A stretch of DNA of 64,000 nucleotides from NCBI RefSeq assembly GCF_009914755.1, contig NC_060935.1. One strand, given 5' to 3'. The stretch comes from the human T2T-CHM13v2.0 reference genome, Homo sapiens. The position numbers and the translations under genes were made by a program. Under the pieces are notes generated by a model. That model saw only the letters and a program-made list of their open reading frames with translations. It did not search any database and was not told the DNA's origin. This document shows positions 12,723 to 26,700 of the stretch, piece by piece; the first letter of the stretch is position 1; every line of letters begins with the position of its first letter.

Positions 12723-13598
12723 AGCTTTGAGGCCTACTGTAGTAAAGGAAATAACTTCATCTAAAAACCAAACGGAAGCATTCACAGACAATTCTTAGTG
12801 ATCATTGGATTGAACTAACAGAGCTGAACATTCCTTTAGATGGAGCAGTTTCCAAACCCACTTTCTGTAGAATCTGCAAGTGGATATTTGGACTTCTCTG
12901 AGGATTTCGTTGGAAACGGGATAAACTTCCCAGAACTACAGGGAAGCATTGTGAGAAACTTCTTTGTGATGTTTGCATTCAACTCACAGAGTTGAACCTT
13001 GCTTTCATAGTTCAGCTTTCAAACACTCTTTTTGTAGAATCTGCAAGTGGATATTTGGACCACTTTGTGGCCTTCCTTCGAAACGGGTATATCTTCACAT
13101 CAAACCTAGACAGAAGCATTCTCAGAATGTTTCCTGTGAAGACTGCATTCAACTCACAGAGATGAACAATCCTGTTGATGGAGCACTTTGGAAACTCTCT
13201 TTCTTGGGATTCTGCAAGTTGATATGTGGACCTCTGTGAAGATTTCGTTGGAAACGGGTTCATCTTCACAGAAAAACTAAACAGAAGCATTCTCAAAAAC
13301 TACTTTGTGATGTTTGTGTTCCACTTCAAGAATTGAAGTTTCCTCTTGACAGAGCAGCTCTGAAAACCTCTTTTTCTAGAATCTGCAAGTGGACATTTGG
13401 AGGGCTTTGAGGCCTGTGGTGGAAAAGGAAAATCTTCACATAAAAACTAGATGGAAGCATTCTCAGAAACTACTTTGTGATGATTGCATTCGACTCACAG
13501 AGTTGAACATTCCTATAGATAGAGCAGGTTGTAAACAATCTTTTTGTAGAAAATGCGATTGGAGATTTGGACAGCTTTGAGGCCTACTGTAGTAAAGG

Positions 13599-16500
13599 AA
13601 ATAACTTCATCTAAAAACCAAACGGAAGCATTCACAGACAATTCTTAGTGATCATTGCATTGAACTAACAGAGCTGAACATTCCTTTAGATGGCGCAGTT
13701 TCCAAACACACTTTCTGTAGAATCTGCAAGTGGATATTTGGACCTCTCTGAGGATTTCGTTGGAAACGGGATAAACTTCCCAGAACTACACGGAAGCATG
13801 CTGAGAAACTTCTTTGTGATGTTTGCATTCAACTCACAGAGTTGAACCTTGCTTTCATAGTTCAGCTTTCAAACACTCTTTTTGTAGAATCTGCAAGTGG
13901 ATATTTGGACCACTTTGTGGCCTTCCTTCGAAACGGGTATATCTTCACATCAAACCTAGACAGAAGCATTCTCAGAATGTTTCCTGTGATGACTGCATTC
14001 AACTCACAGAGGTGAACAATCCTGCTGATGGAGCAATTTTGAAACTCTCTTTCTTTGGATTCTGCAAGTGGATATGTGGACCTCTGTGAAGATTTCGTTG
14101 GAAACGGGTTCATCTTCACAGAAAAACTAAACAGAAGCATTCTCAGAAACTGCTTTGTGATGTTTGTGTTCCACTTCAGGAATTGAACTTTCCTCTTGAC
14201 AGAGCAGCTCTGAAACCCTCTTATTCTAGAATCTGCAAGTGGACATTTGGAGGGGTTTGAGGCCTGTGGTGGAAAAGGAAAATCTTCACATAAAAACTAG
14301 ATGGAAGCATTCTCAGAAACTACTTTGTGATGATTGCATTCGACTCACAGAGTTGAACATTCCTATAGATAGAGCAGGTTGTAAACAATCTTTTTGTAGA
14401 ATCTGCGATTGGAGATTTGGACTGCTTTGAGGCCTACTGTAGTAAAGGAAATAACTTCATCTAAAAACCAAACGGAAGCATTCACAGACAATTCTTAGTG
14501 ATCATTGCATTGAACTAACAGAGCTGAACATTCCTTTAGATGGAGCAGTTTCCAAACACACTTTCTGTAGAACCTGCAAGTGGATATTTGGACCTCTCTG
14601 AGGATTTCGTTGGAAACGGGATAAACTTCCCAGAGCTACACGGAAGCATTGTGAGAAACTTCTTTGTGATGTTTGCATTCAACTCACAGAGTTGAACCTT
14701 GCTTTCATAGTTCAGCTTTCAAACACTCTTTTTGTAGAATCTGCAAGTGGATATTTGGACCACTTTGTGGCCTTCCTTCGAAACGGGTATATCTTCACAT
14801 CAAACCTAGACAGAAGCATTCTCAGAATGTTTCCTGTGATGACTGCATTCAACTCACAGAGGTGAACAATTCTGCTGATGGAGCAGTTTTGAAACTCTCT
14901 TTCTTTGGATTCTGCAAGTGGATATGTGGACCTCTATGAAGATTTCGTTGGAAACGGGTTCATCTTCACAGAAAAACTAAACAGAAACATTCTCACAAAC
15001 TGCTTTGTGATGTTTGTGTTCCACTTCAGGAATTGAACTTTCCTCTTGACAGAGCAGCTCTGAAACCCTCTTTTTCTAGAATCTGCAAGTGGACATTTGG
15101 AGGGCTTTGAGGCCTGTGGTGGAAAAGGAAAATCTTCACATAAAAACTAGATGGAAGCATTCTCACAAACTACTTTGTGATGATTGCATTCGACTCACAG
15201 AGTTGAACATTCCTATAGATAGAGCAGGTTGTAAACAATCTTTTTGTAGAATCTGCGATTGGAGATTTGGACTGCTTTGAGGCCTACTGTAGTAAAGGAA
15301 ATAACTTCATCTAAAAACCAAACGGAAGCATTCACAGACAATTCTTAGTGATCATTGGATTGAACTAACAGAGCTGAACATTCCTTTAGATGGCGCAGTT
15401 TCCAAACACACTTTCTGTAGAATCTGCAAGTGGATATTTGGACTTCTCTGAGGATTTCGTTGGAAACGGGATAAATTTCCCAGAACTACACGGAAGCATT
15501 GTGAGAAACTTCTTTGTGATGTTTGCATTCAACTCACAGAGTTGAACCTTGCTTTCATAGTTCAGCTTTCAAACCCTCTTTTTGTAGAATCTGCAAGGGG
15601 ATATTTGGGCCACTTTGGGGCCTTCCTTCGAAACGGGTATATCTTCACATCAAACCTAGACAGAAGCATTCTCAGAATGTTTCCTGTGATGACTGCATTC
15701 AACTCACAGAGGTGAACAATCCTGCTGATGGAGCAGTTTTGAAACTCTCTTTCTTTGGATTCTGCAAGTGGATATGTGGACCTCTGTGAAGATTTCGTTG
15801 GAAACGGGTTCATCTTCACAGAAAAACTAAACAGGAGCATTCTCAGAAACTGCTTTGTGATGTTTGTGTTCCACTTCAAGAATTGAACTTTCCTCTTGAC
15901 AGAGCAGCTCTGAAACCCTATTTTTCTAGAATCTGCAAGTGGACATTTGGAGGGCTTTGAGGCCTGTGGTGGAAAAGGAAAATCTTCACATAAAAACTAG
16001 ATGGAAGCATTCTCAGAAACTACTTTGTGATGATTGCATTCGACTCACAGAGTTGAACATTCCTATAGATAGAGCAGGTTGTAAACAATCTTTTTCTAGA
16101 ATCTGTGATTGGAGATTTGGACAGCTTTGAGGCCTACTGTAGTAAAGGAAATAACTTCATCTAAAAACCAAACGGAAGCATTCACAGACAATTCTTAGTG
16201 ATCATTGGATTGAACTAACAGAGCTGAACATTCCTTTAGATGGAGCAGTTTCCAAACCCACTTTCTGTAGAATCTGCAAGTGGATATTTGGACTTCTCTG
16301 AGGATTTCGTTGGAAACGGGATAAACTTCCCAGAACTACAGGGAAGCATTGTGAGAAACTTCTTTGTGATGTTTGCATTCAACTCACAGAGTTGAACCTT
16401 GCTTTCATAGTTCAGCTTTCAAACACTCTTTTTGTAGAATCTGCAAGTGGATATTTAGACCACTTTGTGGCCTTCCTTCGAAACGGGTATATCTTCACAT

Positions 16501-19500
16501 CAAACCTAGACAGAAGCATTCTCAGAATTTTTCCTGTGAAGACTGCATTCAACTCACAGAGATGAACAATCCTGTTGATGGAGCACTTTGGAAACTCTCT
16601 TTCTTGGGATTCTGCAAGTTGATATGTGGACCTCTGTGAAGATTTCGTTGGAAACGGGTTCATCTTCACAGAAAAACTAAACAGAAGCATTCTCAAAAAC
16701 TACTTTGCGATGTTTGTGTTCCACTTCAAGAATTGAACTTTCCTCTTGACAGAGCAGCTCTGAAAACCTCTTTTTCTAGAATCTGCAAGTGGACATTTGG
16801 AGGGCTTTGAGGCCTGTGGTGGAAAAGGAAAATCTTCACATAAAAACTAGATGGAAGCATTCTCAGAAACTACTTTGTGATGATTGCATTCGACTCACAG
16901 AGTTGAACATTCCTATAGATAGAGCAGGTTGTAAACAATCTTTTTCTAGAATCTGCGACTGGAGATTTGGACTGCTTTGAGGCCTACTGTAGTAAAGGAA
17001 ATAACTTCATCTAAAAACCAAACGGAAGCATTCACAGACAATTCTTAGTGATCATTGGATTGAACTAACACAGCTGAACATTCCTTTAGATGGAGCAGTT
17101 TCCAAACACACTTTCTGTAGAATCTGCAAGTGGATATTTGGACCACTCTGAGGATTTCGTTGGAAACGGGATAAACTTCCCAGAACTACACGGAAGCATG
17201 CTGAGAAACTTCTTTGTGATGTTTGCATTCAACTCACAGAGTTGAACCTTGCTTTCATAGTTCAGCTTTCAAACACTCTTTTTGTAGAATCTGCAAGTGG
17301 ATATTTGGACCACTTTGTGGCCTTCCTTCGAAACGGGTATATCTTCACATCAAACCTAGACAGAAGCATTCTCAGAATGTTTCCTGTGATGACTGCATTC
17401 AACTCACAGAGGTGAACAATCCTGCTGATGGAGCAGTTTTGAAACTCTCTTTCTTTGGATTCTGCAAGTGGATATGTGGACCTCTGTGAAGATTTCGTTG
17501 GAAACGGGTTCATCTTCACAGAAAAACTAAACAGGAGCATTCTCAGAAAGTGCTTTGTGATGTTTGTGTTCCACTTCAGGAATTGAACTTTCCTCTTGAC
17601 AGAGCAGCTCTGAAACCCTCTTTTTCTAGAATCTGCAAGTGGACATTTGGAGGGCTTTGAGGCCTGTGGTGGAAAAGGAAAATCTTCACATAAAAACTAG
17701 ATGGAAGCATTCTCAGAAACTACTTTGTGATGATTGCATTCGACTCACAGAGTTGAATATTCCTATAGATAGAGCAGGTTGTAAACAATCTTTTTGTAGA
17801 ATCTGCGATTGGAGATTTGGACTGCTTTGAGGCCTACTGTAGTAAAGGAAATAACTTCATCTAAAAACCAAACGGAAGCATTCACAGACAATTCTTAGTG
17901 ATCATTGGATTGAACTAACAGAGTTGAACATTCCTTTAGATGGCGCAGTCTCCAAACACACTTTCTGTAGAATCTGCAAGTGGATATTTGGACTTCTCTG
18001 AGGATTTCGTTGGAAACGGGATAAACTTCCCAGAACTACACGGAAGCATTGTGAGAAACTTCTTTGTGATGTTTGCATTCAACTCACAGAGTTGAACCTT
18101 GCTTTCATAGTTCAGCTTTCAAACCCTCTTTTTGTAGAATCTGCAAGTGGATATTTGGGCCACTTTGTGGCCTTCCTTCGAAACGGGTATATCTTCACAT
18201 CAAACCTAGACAGAAGCATTCTCAGAATGTTTCCTGTGATGACTGCATTCAACTCACAGAGGTGAACAATCCTGCTGATGGAGCAGTTTTGAAACTCTCT
18301 TTCTTTGGATTCTGCAAGTGGATATGTGGACCTCTGTGAAGATTTCGTTGGAAACGGGTTCATCTTCACAGAAAAACTAAACAGGAGCATTCTCAGAAAC
18401 TGCTTTGTGATGTTTGTGTTCCACTTCAAGAATTGAACTTTCCTCTTGACAGAGCAGCTCTGAAACCCTATTTTTCTAGAATCTGCAAGTGGACATTTGG
18501 AGGGCTTTGAGGCCTGTGGTGGAAAAGGAAAATCTTCACATAAAAACTAGATGGAAGCATTCTCAGAAACTACTTTGTGATGATTGCATTCGACTCACAG
18601 AGTTGAACATTCCTATAGATAGAGCAGGTTGTAAACAATCTTTTTCTAGAATCTGCGATTGGAGATTTGGACTGCTTTGAGGCCTACTGTAGTAAAGGAA
18701 ATAACTTCATCTAAAAACCAAACGGAAGCATTCACAGACAATTCTTAGTGATCATTGGATTGAACTAACACAGCTGAACATTCCTTTAGATGGAGCAGTT
18801 TCCAAACACACTTTCTGTAGAATCTGCAAGTGGATATTTGGACCACTCTGAGGATTTCGTTGGAAACGGGATAAACTTCCCAGAACTACACGGAAGCATT
18901 CTGAGAAACTTCTTTGTGATGTTTGCATTCAACTCACAGAGTTGAACCTTGCTTTCATAGTTCAGCTTTCAAACACTCTTTTTGTAGAATCTGCAAGTGG
19001 ATATTTGGACCACTTTGTGGCCTTCCTTCGAAACGGGTATATCTTCACATCAAACCTAGACAGAAGCATTCTCAGAATGTTTCCTGTGATGACTGCATTC
19101 AACTCACAGAGGTGAACAATCCTGCTGATGGAGCAGTTTTGAAACTCTCTTTCTTTGGATTCTGCAAGTGGATATGTGGACCTCTGTGAAGATTTCGTTG
19201 GAAACGGGTTCATCTTCACAGAAAAACTAAACAGAAGCATTCTCAGAAACTGCTTTGTGATGTTTGTGTTCCACTTCAGGAATTGAACTTTCCTCTTGAC
19301 AGAGCAGCTCTGAAACCCTCTTATTCTATAATCTGCAAGTGGACATTTGGAGTGCTTTGAGTCCTGTGGTGGAAAAGGAAAATCTTCACATAAAAACTAG
19401 ATGGAAGCATTCTCAGAAACTACTTTGTGATGATTGCATTCGACTCACAGAGTTGAACATTCCTATAGATAGAGCAGGTTGTAAACAATCTTTTTGTAGA

Positions 19501-22500
19501 AAATGCGATTGGAGATTTGGACTGCTTTGAGGCCTACTGTAGTAAAGGAAATAACTTCATCTAAAAACCAAACGGAAGCATTCACAGACAATTCTTAGTG
19601 ATCATTGGATTGAACTAACAGAGCTGAACATTCCTTTAGATGGCGCAGTTTCCAAACCCACTTTCTGTAGAATCTGCAAGTGGATATTTGGACTTCTCTG
19701 AGGATTTCGTTGGAAACGGGATAAACTTCCCAGAACTACACGGAAGCATTGTGAGAAACTTCTTTGTGATGTTTGCATTCAACTCACAGAGTTGAACCTT
19801 GCTTTCATAGTTCAGCTTTCAAACACTCTTTTTGTAGAATCTGCAAGTGGATATTTGGACCACTTTGTGGCCTTCCTTCGAAACGGGTATATCTTCACAT
19901 CAAACCTAGACAGAAGCATTCTCAGAATGTTTCCTGTGATGACTGCATTCAACTCACAGAGGTGAACAATCCTGCTGATGGAGCAGTTTTGAAACTCTCT
20001 TTCTTTGGATTCTACAAGTGGATATGTGGACCTCTGTGAAGATTTCGTTGGAAACGGGTTCATCTTCACAGAAAAACTAAACAGAAGCATTCTCAGAAAC
20101 TGCTTTGTGATGTTTGTGTTCCACTTCAGGAATTGAACATTCCTCTTGACAGAGCAGCTCTGAAACCCTCTTATTCTAGAATCTGCAAGTGGACATTTGG
20201 AGGGCTTTGAGGCCTGTGGTGGAAAAGGAAAATCTTCACATAAAAACTAGATGGAAGCATTCTCAGAAACTACTTTGTGATGATTGCATTCGACTCAGAG
20301 TTGAACATTCCTATAGATAGAGCAGGTTGTAAACAATCTTTTTGTAGAATCTGCGATTGGAGATTCGGACTGCTTTGAGGCCTACTGTAGTAAAGGAAAT
20401 AACTTCATCTAAAAACCAAACGGAAGCATTCACAGACAATTCTTAGTGATCATTGCATTGAACTAACAGAGCTGAACATTCCTTTACATGGCGCAGTTTC
20501 CAAACACACTTTCTGTAGAATCTGCAAGTGGATATTTGGACCTCTCTGAGGATTTCGTTGGAAACGGGATAAACTTCCCAGAACTACACGGAAGCATTGT
20601 GAGAAACTTCTTTGTGATGTTTGCATTCAACTCACAGAGTTGAACCTTGCTTTCATAGTTCAGCTTTCAAACACTTTTTTTGTAGAATCTGCAAGTGGAT
20701 ATTTGGACCACTTTGTGGCCTTCCTTCGAAACGGGTATATCTTCACATCAAACCTAGACAGAAGCATTCTCAGAATGTTTCCTGTGATGACTGCATTCAA
20801 CTCACAGAGGTGAACAATCCTGCTGATGGAGGAGTTTTGAAACTCTCTTTCTTTGGATTCTGCAAGTGGATATGTGGACCTCTGTGAAGATTTCGTTGGA
20901 AACGGGTTCATCTTCACAGAAAAACTAAACAGAAGCATTCTCAGAAACTGCTTTGTGATGTTTGTGTTCCACTTCAGGAATTGAACTTTCCTCTTGACAG
21001 AGCAGCTCTGAAACCCTCTTATTCTAGAATCTGCAAGTGGACATTTGGAGGGCTTTGAGGCCTGTGGTGGAAAAGGAAAATCTTCACATAAAAACTAAAT
21101 GGAAGCATTCTCAGAAACTACTTTGTGATGATTGCATTCGACTCACAGAGTTGAACATTCCTATAGATAGAGCAGGTTGTAAACAATCTTTTTCTAGAAT
21201 CTGCGATTGGAGATTTGGACAGCTTTGAGGCCTACTGTAGTAAAGGAAATAACTTCATCTAAAAACCAAACGGAAGCATTCACAGACAATTCTTAGTGAT
21301 CATTGGATTGAACTAACAGAGCTGAACATTCCTTTAGATGGAGCAGTTTCCAAACCCACTTTCTGTAGAATCTGCAAGTGGATATTTGGACTTCTCTGAG
21401 GATTTCGTTGGAAACGGGATAAACTTCCCAGAACTACAGGGAAGCATTGTGAGAAACTTCTTTGTGATGTTTGCATTCAACTCACAGAGTTGAACCTTGC
21501 TTTTATAGTTCAGCTTTCAAACACTCTTTTTGTAGAATCTGCAAGTGGATATTTGGACCACTTTGTGGCCTTCCTTCGAAACGGGTATATCTTCACATCA
21601 AACCTAGACATAAGCATTCTCAGAATGTTTCCTGTGAAGACTGCATTCAACTCACAGAGGTGAACAATCCTGCTGATGGAGCAGTTTTGAAACTCTCTTT
21701 CTTTGGATTCTGCATGTGGATATGTTGACCTCTGTGAAGATTTCGTTGGAAACGGGTTCATCTTCACAGAAAAACTAAACAGGAGCATTCTCAGAAACTG
21801 CTTTGTGATGTTTGTGTTCCACTTCAAGAATTGAACTTTCCTCTTGACAGAGCAGCTCTGAAACCCTCTTTTTCTAGAATCTGCAAGTGGACATTTGGAA
21901 GGATTTGAGGCCTGTGGTGGAAAAGGAAAATCTTCACATAAAAACTAGATGGAAGCATTCTCAGAAACTACTTTGTGATGATTGCATTCGACGCACAGAG
22001 TTGAACATTCCTATAGAGAGAGCAGGTTGTAAACAATCTTTTTGTAGAATCTGCGATTGGAGATTTGGACTGCTTTGAGGCTTACTGTAGTAAAGGAAAT
22101 AACTTCATCTAAAAACCAAACGGAAGCATTCACAGACAATTCTTAGTGATCATTGGATTGAGCTAACAGAGCTGAACATTCCTTTAGATGGAGCAGTTTC
22201 CAAACCCACTTTCTGTAGAATCTGCAAGTGGATATTTGTACTTCTCTGAGGATTTCGTTGGAAACGGGATAAACTTCCCAGAACTACACGGAAGCATTGT
22301 GAGAAACTTCTTTGTGATGTTTGCATTCAACTCACAGAGTTGAACCTTGCTTTCATAGTTCAGCTTTCAAACACTCTTTTTGTAGAATCTGCAAGTGGAT
22401 ATTTGGACCACTTTGTGGCCTTCCTTCGAAACGGGTATATCTTCACATCAAACCTAGACAGAAGCATTCTCAGAATGTTTCCTGTGATGACTGCATTCAA

Positions 22501-25496
22501 CTCACAGAGGTGAACAATCCTGCTGATGGAGGAGTTTTGAAACTCTCTTTCTTTGGATTCTGCAAGTGGATATGTGGACCTCTGTGAAGATTTCGTTGGA
22601 AACGGGTTCATCTTCACAGAAAAACTAAACAGAAGCATTCTCAGAAACTGCTTTGTGATGTTTGTGTTCCACTTCAGGAATTGAACTTTCCTCTTGACAG
22701 AGCAGCTCTGAAACCCTCTTATTCTAGAATCTGCAAGTGGACATTTGGAGGGCTTTGAGGCCTGTGGTGGAAAAGGAAAATCTTCACATAAAAACTAGAT
22801 GGAAGCATTCTCAGAAACTACTTTGTGATGATTGCATTCGACTCACAGAGTTGAACATTCCTATAGATAGAGCAGGTTGTAAACAATCTTTTTGTAGAAT
22901 CTGCGATTGGAGATTTGGACTGCTTTGAGGCCTACTGTAGTAAAGGAAATAACTTCATCTAAAAACCAAACGGAAGCATTCACAGACAATTCTTAGTGAT
23001 CATTGCATTGAACTAACAGAGCTGAACATTCCTTTAGATGGCGCAGTTTCCAAACACACTTTCTGTAGAATCTGCAAGTGGATATTTGGACTTCTCTGAG
23101 GATTTCGTTGGAAACGGGATAAACTTCCCAGAACTACACGGAAGCATTGTGAGAAACTTCTTTGTGATGTTTGCATTCAACTCACAGAGTTGAAACTTGC
23201 TTTCATAGTTCAGCTTTCAAACACTCTTTTTGTAGAATCTGCAAGTGGATATTTGGACCACTTTGTGGCCTTCCTTCGAAACGGGTATATCTTCACATCA
23301 AACCTAGACATAAGCATTCTCAGAATGTTTCCTGTGAAGACTGCATTCAACTCACAGAGATGAACAATCCTGTTGATGGAGCACTTTGGAAACTCTCTTT
23401 CTTTGGATTCTGCAAGTTGATATGTGGACTTCTGTGAAGATTTCGTTGGAAACGGGTTCATCTTCACAGAAAAACTAAACAGAAGCATTCTCAAAAACTA
23501 CTTTGTGATGTTTGTGTTCCACTTCAAGAATTGAACTTTCCTCTTGACAAAGCAGTTCTGAAAACCTCTTTTTCTAGAATCTGCAAGTGGACATTTGGAG
23601 GGCTTTGAGGCCTGTGGTGGAAAAGGAAAATCTTCACATAAAAACTAGATGGAAGCATTCTCAGAAACTACTTTGTGATGATTGCATTCGACTCACAGAG
23701 TTGAACATTCCTATAGATAGAGCAGGTTGTAAACAATCTTTTTGTAGAATCTGCGATTGGAGATTCGGACTGCTTTGAGGCCTACTGTAGTAAAGGAAAT
23801 AACTTCATCTAAAAACCAAACGGAAGCATTCACAGACAATTCTTAGTGATCATTGCATTGAACTAACAGAGCTGAACATTCCTTTACATGGCGCAGTTTC
23901 CAAACACACTTTCTGTAGAATCTGCAAGTGGATATTTGGACCTCTCTGAGGATTTCGTTGGAAACGGGATAAACTTCCCAGAACTACACGGAAGCATTGT
24001 GAGAAACTTCTTTGTGATGTTTGCATTCAACTCACAGAGTTGAACCTTGCTTTCATAGTTCAGCTTTCAAACACTTTTTTTGTAGAATCTGCAAGTGGAT
24101 ATTTGGACCACTTTGTGGCCTTCCTTCGAAACGGGTATATCTTCACATCAAACCTAGACAGAAGCATTCTCAGAATGTTTCCTGTGATGACTGCATTCAA
24201 CTCACAGAGGTGAACAATCCTGCTGATGGAGGAGTTTTGAAACTCTCTTTCTTTGGATTCTGCAAGTGGATATGTGGACCTCTGTGAAGATTTCGTTGGA
24301 AACGGGTTCATCTTCACAGAAAAACTAAACAGAAGCATTCTCAGAAACTGCTTTGTGATGTTTGTGTTCCACTTCAGGAATTGAACTTTCCTCTTGACAG
24401 AGCAGCTCTGAAACCCTCTTATTCTAGAATCTGCAAGTGGACATTTGGAGGGCTTTGAGGCCTGTGGTGGAAAAGGAAAATCTTCACATAAAAACTAGAT
24501 GGAAGCATTCTCAGAAACTACTTTGTGATGATTGCATTCGACTCACAGAGTTGAACATTCCTATAGATAGAGCAGGTTGTAAACAATCTTTTTGTAGAAT
24601 CTGCGATTGGAGATTTGGACAGCTTTGAGGCCTACTGTAGTAAAGGAAATAACTTCATCTAAAAACCAAACGGAAGCATTCACAGACAATTCTTAGTGAT
24701 CATTGGATTGAACTAACAGAGCTGAACATTCCTTTAGATGGAGCAGTTTCCAAACCCACTTTCTGTAGAATCTGCAAGTGGATATTTGGACTTCTCTGAG
24801 GATTTCGTTGGAAACGGGATAAACTTCCCAGAACTACAGGGAAGCATTGTGAGAAACTTCTTTGTGATGTTTGCATTCAACTCACAGAGTTGAACCTTGC
24901 TTTCATAGTTCAGCTTTCAAACACTCTTTTTGTAGAATCTGCAAGTGGATATTTGGACCACTTTGTGGCCTTCCTTCGAAACGGGTATATCTTCACATCA
25001 AACCTAGACAGAAGCATTCTCAGAATGTTTCCTGTGAAGACTGCATTCAACTCACAGAGATGAACAATCCTGTTGATGGAGCACTTTGGAAACTCTCTTT
25101 CTTGGGATTCTGCAAGTTGATATGTGGACCTCTGTGAAGATTTCGTTGGAAACGGGTTCATCTTCACAGAAAAACTAAACAGAAGCATTCTCAAAAACTA
25201 CTTTGTGATGTTTGTGTTCCACTTCAAGAATTGAAGTTTCCTCTTGACAGAGCAGCTCTGAAAACCTCTTTTTCTAGAATCTGCAAGTGGACATTTGGAG
25301 GGCTTTGAGGCCTGTGGTGGAAAAGGAAAATCTTCACATAAAAACTAGATGGAAGCATTCTCAGAAACTACTTTGTGATGATTGTATTCGACTCACAGAG
25401 TTGAACATTCCTATAGATAGAGCAGGTTGTAAACAATCTTTTTGTAGAAAATGCGATTGGAGATTTGGACAGCTTTGAGGCCTACTGTAGTAAAGG
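13599..25496 (+). repeat. Super-repeat copy B (14 HORs, 11,898 bp)
   Basis: Same variant order as copy A but without its 1.7-kb internal duplication. The series restarts at 25497. Confidence 0.93.
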
Positions 25497-26700
25497 AAAT
25501 AACTTCATCTAAAAACCAAACGGAAGCATTCACAGACAATTCTTAGTGATCATTGCATTGAACTAACAGAGCTGAACATTCCTTTAGATGGCGCAGTTTC
25601 CAAACACACTTTCTGTAGAATCTGCAAGTGGATATTTGGACCTCTCTGAGGATTTCGTTGGAAACGGGATAAACTTCCCAGAACTACACGGAAGCATGCT
25701 GAGAAACTTCTTTGTGATGTTTGCATTCAACTCACAGAGTTGAACCTTGCTTTCATAGTTCAGCTTTCAAACACTCTTTTTGTAGAATCTGCAAGTGGAT
25801 ATTTGGACCACTTTGTGGCCTTCCTTCGAAACGGGTATATCTTCACATCAAACCTAGACAGAAGCATTCTCAGAATGTTTCCTGTGATGACTGCATTCAA
25901 CTCACAGAGGTGAACAATCCTGCTGATGGAGCAATTTTGAAACTCTCTTTCTTTGGATTCTGCAAGTGGATATGTGGACCTCTGTGAAGATTTCGTTGGA
26001 AACGGGTTCATCTTCACAGAAAAACTAAACAGAAGCATTCTCAGAAACTGCTTTGTGATGTTTGTGTTCCACTTCAGGAATTGAACTTTCCTCTTGACAG
26101 AGCAGCTCTGAAACCCTCTTATTCTAGAATCTGCAAGTGGACATTTGGAGGGGTTTGAGGCCTGTGGTGGAAAAGGAAAATCTTCACATAAAAACTAGAT
26201 GGAAGCATTCTCAGAAACTACTTTGTGATTATTGCATTCGACTCACAGAGTTGAACATTCCTATAGATAGAGCAGGTTGTAAACAATCTTTTTGTAGAAT
26301 CTGCGATTGGAGATTTGGACTGCTTTGAGGCCTACTGTAGTAAAGGAAATAACTTCATCTAAAAACCAAACGGAAGCATTCACAGACAATTCTTAGTGAT
26401 CATTGCATTGAACTAACAGAGCTGAACATTCCTTTAGATGGAGCAGTTTCCAAACACACTTTCTGTAGAACCTGCAAGTGGATATTTGGACCTCTCTGAG
26501 GATTTCGTTGGAAACGGGATAAACTTCCCAGAGCTACACGGAAGCATTGTGAGAAACTTCTTTGTGATGTTTGCATTCAACTCACAGAGTTGAACCTTGC
26601 TTTCATAGTTCAGCTTTCAAACACTCTTTTTGTAGAATCTGCAAGTGGATATTTGGACCACTTTGTGGCCTTCCTTCGAAACGGGTATATCTTCACATCA
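25497..26700 (+). repeat. Truncated super-repeat copy C (about 1.4 HORs)
   Basis: Has the first-HOR markers (CATGCTGAG, GCAATTTT, GGGGTTT) and the second-HOR markers (GAACCTGC, CAGAGCTAC), then departs from the series. Confidence 0.85.

Larger units (their letters stand above)
1..13598 (+). repeat. Super-repeat copy A (16 HORs, 13,598 bp; may begin left of the window)
   Basis: The ordered series of private HOR variants recurs at +13,598, including GGGGTTT (~657/14255) and the 2-bp deletion at ~6699/20297. Confidence 0.93.
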
